35,033 bases of DNA from the IMG/VR virus record IMGVR_UViG_3300025635_000088, positions 1 through 35,033 of that record. One strand, given 5' to 3'. Position numbers and translations under genes: made by a program. This DNA comes from a virus. Lineage: Duplodnaviria > Caudoviricetes. Under the pieces are notes generated by a model. That model saw only the letters and a program-made list of their open reading frames with translations, was not told the origin of the DNA and searched no databases. Below, piece by piece: positions 8,965-17,278 of this stretch (its first letter is position 1; each line of letters starts with the position of its first letter).

Positions 8965-9531
8965 TCAGTCTACAATTAGGTATTCGCCGGATAAGCAGTT
9001 GTTGCCGAGATTCGATTCTGGAATCTCTGCTTTAGTGGGCGAATTAATATCAACCGCTACAACGCACATGGTAATTTTATAAGTAACGTTTACACCATGA
9101 GACACTGGGATGGTTGGAGATATATTACCTGCAGTTTCAATGCCTGCAGCTAGTGCTTGAAATCCAGCACTTGATTTAAGTGTAGGGGTTAGAAGTTGAT
9201 GAGTTACAGGATCAACTTTTCCAATCTCTGCGGTAATTTTGACGTGTGCGGGCTCATTGGCAATCATTGAAATCTTTGGATTGCCGAATAAAAATTTAGT
9301 GGAACTTGGAACGGGTGAAGGAGTTACTTTTATGGTTCCACCGCTTGGCGACAAAGATAAAAGTTTAAGATCTAAGCTTGATACGGGTGGTTTAGGCGTT
9401 GGAAGAACTGTTGGCGCTGGTGAGCATTTCATGCATGTCTCACACGCTTTTTTACAATCCTTTTTGCTGATAGCAGCGAAAGTAGTTTGAGTTAGTAGCC
9501 CGAATAATAAAATTGATATTAGTGATTTCAT
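8965..9531 (-). CDS. Secreted protein (signal peptide, Cys cluster, Pro-rich linker, beta-rich domain)
   Basis: AAGGGG SD; MKSLISILLFGLLTQTTFA signal; CKKACETCMKC; PAPTVLPTPKPP. Confidence 0.7.
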   Translation of the reverse strand: MKSLISILLFGLLTQTTFAAISKKDCKKACETCMKCSPAPTVLPTPKPPVSSLDLKLLSLSPSGGTIKVTPSPVPSSTKFLFGNPKISMIANEPAHVKITAEIGKVDPVTHQLLTPTLKSSAGFQALAAGIETAGNISPTIPVSHGVNVTYKITMCVVAVDINSPTKAEIPESNLGNNCLSGEYLIVD

Positions 9532-9580
9532 ATTTTCCCCTTATGCGAATGTTGCCATGTTTATAGTATAAATCACAATC

Positions 9581-9748
9581 CTATTTACGCCTCTTTTTAA
9601 GCTTTAGAAGTGCCACAGTGCATTCTTTACTAAGGAATGGGACTTCTTTTGTCTGCTCTACTTTTAATCGTTTAGCAGCCTCTTTCATCCTGAATTTTAA
9701 ATCAGGGAGTTCGTCAGTATGAATAAGTATGGCGAGGAGGAGGGTCAC
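9581..9748 (-). CDS. Hypothetical protein
   Basis: GTG at 9748 overlaps an upstream TGA (GTGA), with GGAGG upstream. Confidence 0.45.
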   Translation of the reverse strand: MTLLLAILIHTDELPDLKFRMKEAAKRLKVEQTKEVPFLSKECTVALLKLKKRRK

Positions 9749-9891
9749 TTGGAAGCCTCCCAAGGTAAGTCCATTTGTTCGTGAACAATCCTCAAATCGT
9801 GCCCTTCATGAAGACCAACGGCTTCTTTATGTCCCAGCCATTTCAAGAGTTCTTCATTCTTAATCCATACTTGGGAGTCTTTTTTATACAT
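9745..9891 (-). CDS. Hypothetical protein, 48 aa (missing from the ORF track)
   Basis: MYKKDSQVWIKNEELLKWLGHKEAVGLHEGHDLRIVHEQMDLPWEASK fills the gap and couples to the downstream GTG. Confidence 0.35.
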   Translation of the reverse strand: MYKKDSQVWIKNEELLKWLGHKEAVGLHEGHDLRIVHEQMDLPWEASK

Positions 9892-10085
9892 GACATATTT
9901 GGAAAATTATCCCAATAGCATATTGATTCATCGTTTTCGCATCTTCTTCTGACAGGACTTGAGTTGAGATCTTCACATACGAAATCGTGGATATTTTTAA
10001 TTGCTTCAGTGTCGTCCCAAATGGAGCATTGGTTATTGTCTAAACATCCTATTAGGCAGATAGAAAATAAAAAAGTTCTAATCAT
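9843..10085 (-). CDS. Small Cys-rich lipoprotein
   Basis: LIG-C lipobox; RCENDESICY motif; ATGA coupling. Confidence 0.6.
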   Translation of the reverse strand: MIRTFLFSICLIGCLDNNQCSIWDDTEAIKNIHDFVCEDLNSSPVRRRCENDESICYWDNFPNMSCIKKTPKYGLRMKNS

Positions 10086-10330
10086 TCCTTCTCCTTAACT
10101 TGCGGGGGCACATCACCATTCGCGTGGCTATCGGTTTTAAAGTTTGGATTTGCCCATCCTACCATATCAACTTCGGGGTCATCTCCCACGAACGAAACAT
10201 ATTCGGAGCGCTTACATTTTTTACACGTGGCAACCCTCATAACACCAAAACCAAACTTACTCCAAACTCCATAGATATATTCTATATTCCAATTCGGTTT
10301 GCAATTTGTGGTTCCTTTGACTCCCCTCAC
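10082..10330 (-). CDS. Hypothetical protein with CxxC
   Basis: AAGGAGG SD before GTG; CKKC. Confidence 0.6.
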   Translation of the reverse strand: MRGVKGTTNCKPNWNIEYIYGVWSKFGFGVMRVATCKKCKRSEYVSFVGDDPEVDMVGWANPNFKTDSHANGDVPPQVKEKE

Positions 10331-10376
10331 TAGCCCTCCTTCTGTAGTGCTGATTTCATCTCATCTCTAAAAAATT

Positions 10377-10566
10377 AGCTGCGCGCCGGGCTTGATACCG
10401 ACTGAAAGTGGCTGATCCCCTGTATTGGAGTAGTTCCAACGAACGCTAGGATCATTCTCTTTTCTTGGCACACCAACCTTCTTTTAAGCCGGGGATTACT
10501 TTTAAGATGCCAACCTTATGCCTCACCCCACACTCTACTTGCGTGTCCTTCCACGCCGCCGCAGCT
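10377..10566 (-). ncRNA. tRNA-like RNA with a long insert replacing the anticodon loop
   Basis: 7-bp closing stem AGCTGCG/CGCAGCT; D-like arm GCGTG-GAAGGA-CACGC; T-like arm GTCGG-TATCAAGC-CCGGC; AGAGTG/CACTTT encloses about 125 nt; fills an intergenic gap. Confidence 0.6.
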
Positions 10567-10570
10567 TAAA

Positions 10571-11083
10571 TTATTTCTCAATTAATCTTTGAGCACCTTT
10601 TTTTGTCTCAACATTTCTTAATTGTTTTAAGCTTTTAGTGGGGGAGAGTTTAATTATATTTTCTTTCATGCCGGGAGGGAGTGGGGGCATTGGGGGTTGG
10701 TTTGTTTTTCTTTCGACTTTAATTTTTACTGCAGGCCAAGAGAGATAATATCTATTACCAGAGGGCTTAGATGCGGCAGGTTGAAATTGATTATCAAAGT
10801 ATCCGTTAACTCTTACAAAGAATCTCCCCGATAGCCAATTACCAGGAATTGCTACACTCCAATACTGTTCAACGATGTAGGGGGAAATGTTAGCTAGAAA
10901 ATTCCAGTTAATTAAATCTTCACTCCACTCAAATAGTAGGCCTTCATTTACACCTTGAAGAGCGGTGACATAGCCGATGCGCCCTAGTTCAAGATCGCCG
11001 ACCATGACAATGCTAATGGGTCTTGGTTCAAGAGCGAATACGTTGGTTGATAATAAAAATAATAATGAGAAAAGGTATTTCAT
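10571..11083 (-). CDS. Secreted protein with S-x-D-L-x-x-W...R-F-F-V-R-V motif
   Basis: AGGAGG SD; MKYLFSLLFLLSTNVFA signal peptide; WSEDLINW...GRFFVRV; poly-Pro and basic tail. Confidence 0.7.
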   Translation of the reverse strand: MKYLFSLLFLLSTNVFALEPRPISIVMVGDLELGRIGYVTALQGVNEGLLFEWSEDLINWNFLANISPYIVEQYWSVAIPGNWLSGRFFVRVNGYFDNQFQPAASKPSGNRYYLSWPAVKIKVERKTNQPPMPPLPPGMKENIIKLSPTKSLKQLRNVETKKGAQRLIEK

Positions 11084-11152
11084 ATAGCCTCCTAGTTGTT
11101 AGTTTTTGAAACGATGTTTGCGTTATACCTAAAATGCTCAAATAATAAATAA

Positions 11153-11199
11153 AATAAACCCGACTAAAGAATATTTCGTTTAGTCTGGCTCGATTTATT
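11153..11199. terminator. Intergenic hairpin (terminator or operator) downstream of the VRR-NUC gene
   Basis: GACTAAA/TTTAGTC inverted repeat flanked by AATAAA/TTTATT; T-rich run follows on the minus strand. Confidence 0.35.
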
Positions 11200-11221
11200 G
11201 GAGTAACGAAAGTTTACGCTA

Positions 11222-11551
11222 TTATGTAGACTCAAGGCCTATGACTAAATCATCGAGACTTCGACAAAGTAAATACAATCCACCGGCTTTAACGACCTGA
11301 TCTCTAAAGGCTTCTTGATGCTCGGAAAGGCGCCCACGTTCGCTTTTCACTTCAATTCCGATAAATCTCCCATTTGAAATTAAAATGATGTCTGAGACGC
11401 CTCTGATGCAATAAGGCGAGGTATGCCTTCTAAATCTCTTCGTACGACCATCGAAGTATCCTGAGTTTGCCTGCTTCCAAAAGAAGTAGCCTTTAGCAGC
11501 TAAGTAGTCACAAATTTGACGCTCAATATCTTTTTCTAAAGGCTTAAACAA
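11222..11551 (-). CDS. VRR-NUC domain nuclease (Holliday junction resolvase-like)
   Basis: E.DI...I.DYL, GVSDI, IEVK..RGRLS..Q..F PD-(D/E)xK motifs. Confidence 0.9.
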   Translation of the reverse strand: MFKPLEKDIERQICDYLAAKGYFFWKQANSGYFDGRTKRFRRHTSPYCIRGVSDIILISNGRFIGIEVKSERGRLSEHQEAFRDQVVKAGGLYLLCRSLDDLVIGLEST

Positions 11552-11610
11552 GGACCCCCCATTGATCAGGCATATCGGCTATATGATTTTTTAGCGAGGG
11601 GCCCTTATCT

Positions 11611-11640
11611 TTGAAAAGCAATATATTCAGTCGGTATAAT
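11611..11640 (+). promoter_or_regulatory. sigma70-type promoter
   Basis: TTGAAA-18 nt-TATAAT. Confidence 0.55.
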
Positions 11641-11655
11641 TGTAAATAAAAAGAC

Positions 11656-12137
11656 AGCCCGAAGATAAAAACATTTTACAACGTTTATAACTTCGGGCTA
11701 TTAAGATTTCTGCGACAAAATCTGAAATCAACTTAACAGATATTTCAGAAATCGCAGCAAAAAAATCGGGAGACTTAAAAGTTAAATCCCTTTGTAAGCA
11801 CCCCAGGGTAAGCGCAGTCCGAATAGGACCGAAGACATATGCGAATTGGGTGGGGTCGTAGCAGGAAACGCGGGGTATCCGAAAGGAAACGAGGCTGCTA
11901 CCCGGAGACGGAATTGGTCGTGAGAGTTGGACTACCCATAGGACCGGGAATAGTCACCTGTGTTCTAGGAGAGCTGAAGAGGCTCAACATGCAGAAGTAT
12001 GTCAGTGATTTTGTGTGACTGTGATGGGCAGGTTAACTCATCCGAGGGTTCAAATAAATACGCATAATCGGACTTTATCCGAGCAAGTTTTTAAAATTTG
12101 CAGGGCAAAGCCCGAAGTGTGTCCGCGAGGGTTCAAA
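11656..12137 (+). other. Long structured non-coding region (candidate ncRNA, leader or replication origin)
   Basis: At least eight stems, a GAAA tetraloop, a GC-rich core, and direct repeats CGAGGGTTCAAA x2 and AGCCCGAAG x2; no convincing ORF. Confidence 0.5.
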
Positions 12138-12138
12138 A

Positions 12139-12429
12139 ATGAAGAAATTTAAAAAGTCTTTATCTCCATACATGATTAAAAAGCGAATGAATAATAATAC
12201 AAAATTTTTTAAGATGGTAAAATCTGATCCGAAAAAATTGAATATAACTCAATCAGTCGCTGCGCCAAATGATGCTGAAATTATTTTTTTAAAAAATAGG
12301 ATTTATATTCTATTTGGAATTGATTGTTCAAAAATGGATAAAACACATCTTTTCGAGTGTATTAATTCAAACGATATTGGAGATATATGTCGCGAGGAAC
12401 TTTTATTAAGAAGAAAAAAGATTTGTTAG
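12139..12429 (+). CDS. Hypothetical basic protein
   Basis: GAGG SD; AT-rich 96-aa ORF. Confidence 0.5.
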   Translation: MKKFKKSLSPYMIKKRMNNNTKFFKMVKSDPKKLNITQSVAAPNDAEIIFLKNRIYILFGIDCSKMDKTHLFECINSNDIGDICREELLLRRKKIC

Positions 12430-12508
12430 TTGTTTTAAAAAGACGAAGTCTGAAGTAGTAGTATGGCCGAATAGTTATGAGGCCACACCACGGTGAATAA
12501 CAAATTAA

Positions 12509-12739
12509 ATGAAATTAAAAATTATGAATATAGTTAACGAAGAAAATCTTTTATCTTCTGATGCTGACTTAGATCGGCATTGGCAAAAAATAATTAAAGA
12601 TGCTGAAAATAAATTAGTTGAAAACGAGAAATTAGTTCAAAAATATGAATCACTCATTGATGACCTTAAAAGACGTGTTGATTTCCTTCGAAAGTCTCAT
12701 ATAAAAATCAATATCGATAAATTTGAAACAGAAAACTAA
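12509..12739 (+). CDS. Coiled-coil hypothetical protein
   Basis: Heptad pattern; overlaps the next gene. Confidence 0.5.
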   Translation: MKLKIMNIVNEENLLSSDADLDRHWQKIIKDAENKLVENEKLVQKYESLIDDLKRRVDFLRKSHIKINIDKFETEN

Positions 12740-12980
12740 ATTACCACCACCTCCTCCCTGTTGGATTTGCAGAGATTCTCGATCAGAATGGGACCACATA
12801 CAAACCAGAGGTGCTGGGGGTTCAAATAAACCAACTAATCTGCAACCACTCTGTAGAAAGCACCATCAAGAGAGACATTTCATAGGAATTGCGTCATTTG
12901 TAAAAAAATATAACCTCCCGATAACCTTCGAATTTGGTTATCCCAGAAGGTCTGATCTTATTATTGAAGAAACTGATTGA
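12723..12980 (+). CDS. Small HNH endonuclease
   Basis: CWIC...DHIQTRGAGG...NLQPLCRKHHQERH. Confidence 0.85.
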   Translation: MKQKTKLPPPPPCWICRDSRSEWDHIQTRGAGGSNKPTNLQPLCRKHHQERHFIGIASFVKKYNLPITFEFGYPRRSDLIIEETD

Positions 12981-12999
12981 ATGTTAGACTATTACCTAG

Positions 13000-13356
13000 A
13001 TGGATTATGTACAGTTTATAGACCTGCCGTACTCTGCGGGTGCTTCTGGAACCTCAACCGTCTATATCGGCTACCACGACCAAATTTTATTCAATATCAG
13101 TGCCGTAGCCTCTAAATTTACCTCAGGAGTGATAAATTTCACCCTTCAGGGAACTCATAATTCTTCTACTTCAGCTAGAACCGCAAATTACTATGACTAT
13201 GTTTGCCAACAGCCATATGAATGCGTTGTAACGGCATCCACGGCAGGACTCTATGAAGTCCCTTTTGCTGGGGGTATTCCTTACATTCGAGTTGGATTCG
13301 ATACCGCCGCTACAGTAGCCGGTACAATTACTGTAGTATTCCCTAGGGCTGATTAA
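13000..13356 (+). CDS. Putative virion beta-sandwich protein heading the second fibre module
   Basis: Ser/Thr/Tyr-rich strands, FTLQGT and PYIRV pattern; TAATG-coupled to the fibre; TGtTAGACT -10-like element upstream. Confidence 0.5.
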   Translation: MDYVQFIDLPYSAGASGTSTVYIGYHDQILFNISAVASKFTSGVINFTLQGTHNSSTSARTANYYDYVCQQPYECVVTASTAGLYEVPFAGGIPYIRVGFDTAATVAGTITVVFPRAD

Positions 13357-16028
13357 TGGGCAGAGTAAGAAGATTCTCAGGGGGCTGTTTAGATATCACT
13401 GCAACCGCTTCTGGTGGTGTTTTATATTTAGATAGCTCCGGTAATATCGCTAACGAAGCCGCATTTACTTACAATAATTCAACTAATGTCTTAAGCGTTG
13501 ATAACTTAGATTTATTAAATGCACTTCCGGCGACAGAAGGTGGAACTGGTTTTTCTTCTTATGCTGTTGGAGATATTCTTTACGCTAATACAACAACTAC
13601 ACTGGCGAAGCTTGCAGATATAGCGACCGGTAATGCTCTTATTTCTGGCGGCGTGAACACTGCACCCTCATGGGGAAAAATAGGACTAACTACTCACGTC
13701 TCTGGAACCCTACCTGTTGGAAGCGGTGGAACCGGAGCCACTTCATTTACTACAAACTCTGTAATTTTCATGGGAGCAACCACTCTTAGTGAAAATAATA
13801 CTCAATTTACTTGGACTAACTCCCCCGGAACCCTATCAATCGTTGGCGCAACAGATAGTGGCGCTAATAAAGTTCTAAATGTAGCTAGTGACGGCGGAGG
13901 TAATCCATTATTTGAAGTTTATGATGCCAATAACTCCTATTTTTATACTCATGTTTTATTTGGCTATGACAATACTCGTGATATAGGCGATGCCACTCAC
14001 CGCGTAAGAACTATTTACGCTGGAACTTCATTAGGTATCGCAACCTCTCCATCCTATCCACTAGATATTTATTCTCTTTCTAATGCTTATGCCGCTCGTA
14101 TTACAGCTGGAGGTCTTACTGACGGTGGAATGCTTATTACCACTTCAGCTTATGACTCTGGCACTGTCCCAATGTTGCAATTACAGGATCAAGAAGGCGG
14201 TCGAACTGTATTTCATGCCTACAGCACAATAGATATTGATAATCCTCAAATTGATATTACTGCAAACATGAATTTTATTAATGGGAATTGGGATATCACT
14301 ACAACCGGTGATTACTACGGAGGCTCTGCAACACTCAGTGACTTAACTACTACAGGAGTTCTTTATGCGAGCACTTCTGGTCTTGTTAGAACTGATTCCA
14401 CTTACTTAAGCTGGGACGATACAAATAAAAAACTCTCTGTAACGGGAACTAATACCACTGACGCTATCGTTATTAATGGCTATGGAGATGGCGGATTTAT
14501 TACCAGAGGATACCTTAAGGGTGTTTCGGCAACCTCCTCTAGAACTCTTTGGATTCTTTCTGACGATGCTTCTGGTGCTTATGGATTAATGGCCGTTGGC
14601 GGATCTTCAAGTGCACCAGCTTCAGGCGGTCGCGTATTTGAATTCGATGCCTTCGATGTCGATATCGTCGGAGATCAAAGAACCGGATCTTTTGTTAATG
14701 AAAAAACAGGCTCAGCTTATTATTGGAAGTTTGTCACAAGACCATCAGGATTTTTTGATAATGCATTTGTAATTCACAGTAATACTACAAGATCCTTAAT
14801 TGGAATTGGAATTGCACCTGCGAGTATTACAGCTCAACTTCATATCGCAGCCGGGACAACTACTGCTAACACGGCTCCAATAAAATTAACGACTGGATCT
14901 TATACCACCGCTGCTACTGCAGGTCAGATAGAATGGCATAGTGCGACTGCTGAAAATTTAACATTCTCACCAAGCACTACTAGATACAGAATCCCTATGG
15001 TTGATTCTGGTGTTGGAGGTCTAACCTCAGGCCGAGTTCCATTTGCTACCACTAACGGACGCTTAACCGACTTAGCTGCATTCACTTATTCAACGAATCG
15101 ATTAAGTCCCACTTACATTACTCTAGCCGCTGGAACTGCAACCGCTGGAACGGCTCCACTGGTTTTCACCTCTGGAACGGTTCTTTCAGTCGCAATTGCT
15201 GGAGCCATGGAATATGACGGCACTGATTTATTCTTTAGTCCGTCTACAACTAGATATAGCGTTCCATTAGTTTCGGGTGCGGGTGTTCAAGGCGATATTA
15301 TTTATGCTTCAGCGGCGAGTGTTTATTCAAGATTAGCTAAAAATACTACAGCTACTCGATATCTATCAAATACTGGCACCTCAAATAATCCAGCTTGGGC
15401 TCAAATTGATTTAACGAACGGAGTCACTGGAGCCCTTCCCATTGCTAATGGCGGAACCGGGCAAACTTCTCAAACGAATGCTTTTGATGCATTAGCTCCA
15501 ACTACTACTCAAGGCGATTTAATTTATCATAACGGAACGGATAACGTCCGATTAGCCAAAGGCACTGCGGGTCAAGTCCTAGCGATGAATTCCGGTGCGA
15601 CCGCTCCTGAATGGGTCGCTAATACTGGAATGATTTATATAGCATACAATCATACGACTGCCGCCCCTGCAGATTCTACAGTTTATTATATTGGATCTTC
15701 TTTAACTGTATCCGTAGCTACAACAAACGCAATTCAACGTGTTTATATTGCAAAGACCGGAACCGTAAAAGCTATTTACATTTTTGCTATGGTCGCGGGA
15801 ACTCTTGCTTCAGGCGAGTCCTCTACTATGGCATTTAGATTAAACGACACGACAGATACAACCATTTCATCCGCCGTTACTCATAGTGCAGTGTCAGCAG
15901 TTTTTTCAAATACAGGTCTTTCGATATCAGTAACCGCAGGGGATTATTTTGAAATTAAATGGACCACACCCGCCTGGGTTACAAACCCTACAAACGTAAG
16001 GCACCATATCACCGTTTATGTGGAGTAA
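13356..16028 (+). CDS. Long fibre / adhesin protein 2
   Basis: LP..GGTG and GD(I/L).Y...RLAKG..GQVL...P.W fibre repeats; duplicated AAGT.TA.TAP...FSPSTTRY module; C-terminal beta-sandwich head. Confidence 0.85.
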   Translation: MGRVRRFSGGCLDITATASGGVLYLDSSGNIANEAAFTYNNSTNVLSVDNLDLLNALPATEGGTGFSSYAVGDILYANTTTTLAKLADIATGNALISGGVNTAPSWGKIGLTTHVSGTLPVGSGGTGATSFTTNSVIFMGATTLSENNTQFTWTNSPGTLSIVGATDSGANKVLNVASDGGGNPLFEVYDANNSYFYTHVLFGYDNTRDIGDATHRVRTIYAGTSLGIATSPSYPLDIYSLSNAYAARITAGGLTDGGMLITTSAYDSGTVPMLQLQDQEGGRTVFHAYSTIDIDNPQIDITANMNFINGNWDITTTGDYYGGSATLSDLTTTGVLYASTSGLVRTDSTYLSWDDTNKKLSVTGTNTTDAIVINGYGDGGFITRGYLKGVSATSSRTLWILSDDASGAYGLMAVGGSSSAPASGGRVFEFDAFDVDIVGDQRTGSFVNEKTGSAYYWKFVTRPSGFFDNAFVIHSNTTRSLIGIGIAPASITAQLHIAAGTTTANTAPIKLTTGSYTTAATAGQIEWHSATAENLTFSPSTTRYRIPMVDSGVGGLTSGRVPFATTNGRLTDLAAFTYSTNRLSPTYITLAAGTATAGTAPLVFTSGTVLSVAIAGAMEYDGTDLFFSPSTTRYSVPLVSGAGVQGDIIYASAASVYSRLAKNTTATRYLSNTGTSNNPAWAQIDLTNGVTGALPIANGGTGQTSQTNAFDALAPTTTQGDLIYHNGTDNVRLAKGTAGQVLAMNSGATAPEWVANTGMIYIAYNHTTAAPADSTVYYIGSSLTVSVATTNAIQRVYIAKTGTVKAIYIFAMVAGTLASGESSTMAFRLNDTTDTTISSAVTHSAVSAVFSNTGLSISVTAGDYFEIKWTTPAWVTNPTNVRHHITVYVE

Positions 16029-16031
16029 TTT

Positions 16032-16247
16032 ATGGCTGAAACAGTAGAAAAAATATCTAACGAAGAAATCCAAATCTCTGAGCCCATTGTAAAAGTTCAA
16101 AGATATACCATTCAGGCTCTTAAAGCAGAGAAGGATTTAGTTAACGGGCAGATTGATCGAGTGCAAGCATCTCTTCAAGAGCTTCAATTAAAAAAACAAA
16201 AAATAATTGAACTTATCCAAAAGGCTAGAGACGTTGGGGTAGAGTAA
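16032..16247 (+). CDS. Coiled-coil protein, possible fibre chaperone
   Basis: GGAG SD; directly follows the fibre gene. Confidence 0.55.
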   Translation: MAETVEKISNEEIQISEPIVKVQRYTIQALKAEKDLVNGQIDRVQASLQELQLKKQKIIELIQKARDVGVE

Positions 16248-16528
16248 TGGTTAACTTCGATAGCATTTTAAATGACATTATCTCTTGGGCAGCTATCGGA
16301 TTACTCGCTGTTTTAGTTTCATTCGTTTGGCGCCTCGTTAAAATAATCTCTAAAATTGAAGAATTTATGGTTCGAATAGAAAAAAGAACTGAACTAAGTG
16401 AAGCCAGGCTTGAAGTGAATGACGCTATAGTTTCAGATATCCTTGGTAGCCCAGTTGACTCAAAGCGCATAGCCGAAGGCTTTGATGATCGGCCTATTTA
16501 TTCAAAAAAACCGATTAGGGATTGCTGA
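16247..16528 (+). CDS. Membrane-anchored coiled-coil protein
   Basis: One TM helix (IISWAAIGLLAVLVSFVW) followed by a charged helix; TAATG coupling. Confidence 0.6.
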   Translation: MVNFDSILNDIISWAAIGLLAVLVSFVWRLVKIISKIEEFMVRIEKRTELSEARLEVNDAIVSDILGSPVDSKRIAEGFDDRPIYSKKPIRDC

Positions 16529-16552
16529 CAAGCCTAAAATCAGATTTATAGT
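16525..16552 (+). promoter_or_regulatory. Possible leaderless promoter
   Basis: CTGACA-16 nt-TATAGT, 6 nt before ATG 16559, no SD. Confidence 0.4.
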
Positions 16553-16558
16553 ATAACT

Positions 16559-16768
16559 ATGGAAAAAAAAGTTACACTAGAAGACCTACCAAAAATGAGT
16601 ACTAACGATCTTAAAGCTATCGTCTATGACGTAGCCGCGGAGATTCAAACCCTTCAAAGATCAGTTAATATTGTAAATCAAGAAATTGCTAAGCGCGCAG
16701 ACGGAAGTGCTTCAAAATTAGTTGTTCCACCAGCTGAGAGCGATTCTTCACCGTCAGCAGCAGCTTAA
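16559..16768 (+). CDS. Small coiled-coil protein
   Basis: LKAIVYD...IQTLQRSVNIVNQEIAKR. Confidence 0.6.
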   Translation: MEKKVTLEDLPKMSTNDLKAIVYDVAAEIQTLQRSVNIVNQEIAKRADGSASKLVVPPAESDSSPSAAA

Positions 16769-16839
16769 AAGCTTCCTTCGAAATGGAGAAAGCTGACTTG
16801 ACCTTCTTACATGGTGATTTGGGGCGTCCGCGTTTCATA

Positions 16840-17277
16840 TTAAAAAGAATATGAACCACAATGAATCATAAGAGAAGATAATTGTAAGTCGAGATTTCTT
16901 ACACACTGCTCTGTTTCGTAGGTGCAATTTAAAAATCCAGATTTGAAAAAAGAAGCCTGAGCATCATATCGATTTAACTGCTTTGTGATTTCTTCATTCG
17001 CTCGTGCCGTACAATAATCAGGATCTAGGTCCCCATAATTTATTTCGCATACTGCTTTAAAAGATGCCGCTGTTTTATCCGCTTGAGATTTACATTGATC
17101 TCGATAGTCACTAATCATGGATTCTAAATCATCCTCAGTGAATGTCATACCTGTTGGAGTCTGAGGATAATATGGTTCAATCCCATCTGAATCCCCACAT
17201 CCCACAAGATGCATCGCTAAGAATGAAATAATAATAAAAATATTGATGTTAAATATAATAGATTCAAATCGTCCCAT
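16840..17277 (-). CDS. Lipoprotein (possible superinfection exclusion or envelope factor)
   Basis: GGAGG SD; hydrophobic stretch ending in LVG-C lipobox; six further Cys in helical domain. Confidence 0.65.
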   Translation of the reverse strand: MGRFESIIFNINIFIIISFLAMHLVGCGDSDGIEPYYPQTPTGMTFTEDDLESMISDYRDQCKSQADKTAASFKAVCEINYGDLDPDYCTARANEEITKQLNRYDAQASFFKSGFLNCTYETEQCVRNLDLQLSSLMIHCGSYSF

Positions 17278-17278
17278 G

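Noticed and set aside
10377-10566. Canonical tRNA, intron-containing tRNA or standard tmRNA
   Set aside because: No 7-nt anticodon loop, no TTCRA T-loop, no CCA, no GGGG 5' end or Ala-ending tag, and no group I core recognised.
11839-12018. 59-codon ORF (MRIGWGRSRKRG...) in the structured region
   Set aside because: No SD, atypical GC-rich codons, and it coincides with stem-loops; probably incidental.
4364-16028. Diversity-generating retroelement acting on the fibre genes
   Set aside because: No reverse transcriptase, and no near-identical template/variable repeat pair noticed.
16769-16800. Terminator between convergent genes at 16768/16840
   Set aside because: Only a weak, interrupted AGCTT/AAGCT stem without a clear U-tract on the plus strand.
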